From the NCBI GenBank assembly GCA_043228905.1, contig JBHGNT010000291.1:1-39101 (forward strand): 39,101 bases of DNA. The letters are read 5' to 3'. Shown in pieces: positions 36,952 through 39,101 of the stretch. How positions within the stretch are numbered: the first letter of the stretch is position 1; the number at the start of each line of letters is the position of its first letter. A program made the position numbers and the translations under genes. The notes below the pieces were generated by a model. The model saw only the letters and a program-made list of their open reading frames with translations, did not search any database and had not been told where the DNA came from. Origin of the DNA: Azolla caroliniana. Taxonomy: Eukaryota; Plantae; Polypodiophyta.

Positions 36952-38931
36952 TCAACCCATGCCCCTCATCTCGGCTTCAGCAAAAGTATTATATGCATTT
37001 GCTAGAAGTAGGAAGGCTGAAGTGTTCTTTGGATCCAACTTCCAAATGCATTCTGACACGTGTTCCGCTAGCTTCAGGTTGCCATTTATTCTGCAAGACC
37101 CAAGTAAAACCAACCATGTCTCAGCCATCGGTCTATAGGCCATTTCATCCACCATACATGATCCTTCCTCCAAGCGACCAGCTCTACCAAGCATATCAAC
37201 CATGCAAGTGTAGTGTTCTAATCGCGGCCTTATCTCATAGAGCCTAGACATGGAAGAAAACAAAGAATATCCTTCATCGACATATCCTTCATGGCTACAT
37301 GCAGAGATGAGCTCAAGAAAACATACATCATTCATTTGCAAGCCCTCAGATTGCATTTTATCAATGGTTTGACGGGCTTCTTTGTACATTCCATGTTGAG
37401 CATACCCACTTACAAGTGCGGCCCAAAGAACCATATCCCTATGGTGACAGGTATTGAATACCTTTCGTGCGTTCGACAAGTCACCACATTTACAATACAT
37501 GTCAATTAATGCAGTTCCAACACAAAGATCTGAAAGGAACCCCCTGCTGGCAATGAGTACATGAAATTCTTTGCCTTTGTCTAGGGAAGCTAAGTTCATG
37601 CAAACACAAAGAGCATTGAGGAAAGTACCAATATCTGACTCTAGGCCTTCCTCGGCCATTCGACAAAAAAGTTCGTATGCTTCATCCATCGACCCATTGT
37701 GAATGTGTCCCCATAGCATTGCATTTGAAGACACAGAATCTCTCACTCTTGATTTATCAAAGACATCCCGTGCACTCCCCATACATCCACACTTAGCATA
37801 CAAGTCTACTAATGCGCTCTCCATTTGTAGATTTGACTGAATACCAGCTTTCAGAATTAATGCATGAATCATTTCACCCCTTTCCAAGTCTGGAAAGCCT
37901 GCACATGCATTCAGAACGCTTAGAAAGGTGACCTCATTTGGCATGACACCCTCTCGGCACATCCTGTCATAAACATCGAGTGCTTCTGTAAAGCTCTTGT
38001 GTTTCACATACCCAACAATTATGGCTGTCCAACTAATCACATCCTTTTGACTCATCTCATTGAAAACTTCTAGGGCATGCCCCATGCTTCCGCACTTTGC
38101 ATACATGTCAATCAAAGCATTGCAGATTGACATAGTTTTCTTGATCTTACTCCGTCCCATGATATCAGCATGCACTCGTTTGCCTTCCCCAAGGTCCCCA
38201 ACCATAGCACAAGCTTGAAGAGCAGTTAAAAAGGTCACTTCATCTGGCTGCACACGCGTGCTTTCCTTCATGTCGTGGAAGAAGAAAAGTGCTTCTTCAC
38301 CCTTGCCGAGCTTTGCATAGCCAGAGATGATGATTGTCCATGAAACAACAGAGTGAAATGGAGCCATACACAAGAAGACTCCACAAGCATCGCACATGCT
38401 GCCGCACATGGCATACACATGGATGAGCGTGTTACATACCCTGACATCCTGATTGACGCCTGTCCCGATCATGTGTGAATGCACATCATAAGCATGTTTT
38501 AAGTTCCCAAGATGGCCACATGCTTTGAGAACACTCACAAATGTACCTTCATCGGGAACAAAGCCATTCTTTTGCATGTGGGAGAACATGACCAATGCAT
38601 ATTGAGTAGTTGCATAATCATGGCTTGAAGCATATCCAGCAATCAGTGCATTCCATGCCACTACGTCCCATTCTGGCATGCATCTGAACACGTCCCATGC
38701 CATCCACAATCGCCCCTCCTTCGCGTGCATGCACAGGAGCCTCGTCTCAGCAAACATACACCTTCCTTTTCCGTTATCATTAGTGGTGGTGGTGGTGGTG
38801 GAGGTAGAAGTGGCTGCCATTCTTCTTGTATTCCTAGTCATCTTCCTCTCTGGATCATCTTTACGTTCCCCTCTCTCTGCTTTCTTTTCTTCCCTTGCTT
38901 TTCTGTTTTGTTCAAGCGTGAAAACATACAT
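36952..38931 (-). CDS. PLS-class pentatricopeptide repeat protein with E extension, no DYW (putative organellar RNA-editing factor)
   Basis: Intronless 659-aa ORF with P-L-S triplets (DVVAWNALIAGY / PDEGTFVSVLKAC / VCNTLIHVYAMCG), then EHYTCMVDMLGRAG and WLVLLGSCR..AE..LDP..AFLLLANAY, then stop. The true start codon is uncertain. Confidence 0.93.
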   Translation of the reverse strand: MYVFTLEQNRKAREEKKAERGERKDDPERKMTRNTRRMAATSTSTTTTTTNDNGKGRCMFAETRLLCMHAKEGRLWMAWDVFRCMPEWDVVAWNALIAGYASSHDYATTQYALVMFSHMQKNGFVPDEGTFVSVLKACGHLGNLKHAYDVHSHMIGTGVNQDVRVCNTLIHVYAMCGSMCDACGVFLCMAPFHSVVSWTIIISGYAKLGKGEEALFFFHDMKESTRVQPDEVTFLTALQACAMVGDLGEGKRVHADIMGRSKIKKTMSICNALIDMYAKCGSMGHALEVFNEMSQKDVISWTAIIVGYVKHKSFTEALDVYDRMCREGVMPNEVTFLSVLNACAGFPDLERGEMIHALILKAGIQSNLQMESALVDLYAKCGCMGSARDVFDKSRVRDSVSSNAMLWGHIHNGSMDEAYELFCRMAEEGLESDIGTFLNALCVCMNLASLDKGKEFHVLIASRGFLSDLCVGTALIDMYCKCGDLSNARKVFNTCHHRDMVLWAALVSGYAQHGMYKEARQTIDKMQSEGLQMNDVCFLELISACSHEGYVDEGYSLFSSMSRLYEIRPRLEHYTCMVDMLGRAGRLEEGSCMVDEMAYRPMAETWLVLLGSCRINGNLKLAEHVSECIWKLDPKNTSAFLLLANAYNTFAEAEMRGMG

Positions 38932-39101
38932 ATATAATAAAGAAGGCTAGTAGAGTGAGTCTGATTTGTCTTGGGTGATTGATCTTCATGCATAAAGTTC
39001 TGATGGATCTTCTTCATTTGTGCCTACATTTCCTCCCTTTCATCTCGTTTAGGTTCTTCCTCACAATGTCTTTTGTCCCGCATGCTTTAAGAAGGTTCTA
39101 T

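Overview
Eukaryotic land-plant nuclear DNA. A seed-free plant, probably a fern, is inferred from the gene sequences and the TE spectrum. Four host genes are present: an 11-exon AP-4 adaptor epsilon subunit gene (+, 642-10693), plastid ribosomal protein L29 (-, 12512-14301), a highly divergent MOS1/BAT2-N-family gene (-, 20488-25066; its diagnostic N-terminus lies in small exons missed by the ORF track) and a PLS-E class PPR gene (-, 36952-38931). AP4E intron 6 holds a ~190-bp structured tandem repeat. A young 4.6-kb Copia element with non-canonical TG...TA termini and a GTTGT target-site duplication has inserted into that repeat. A 1.6-kb long-TIR (MULE-like) element carrying a decayed tRNA-Leu(UAG) sits just upstream of RPL29 and is abutted by a 5'-truncated RTEX-like LINE. 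The region ~26.5-35.8 kb is a TE graveyard: L1 LINE, two chromovirus Gypsy remnants, a Sola-like DDD transposase and a MITE-like fragment. All exon models and family calls were made by eye and from recalled motifs; no searches were run.
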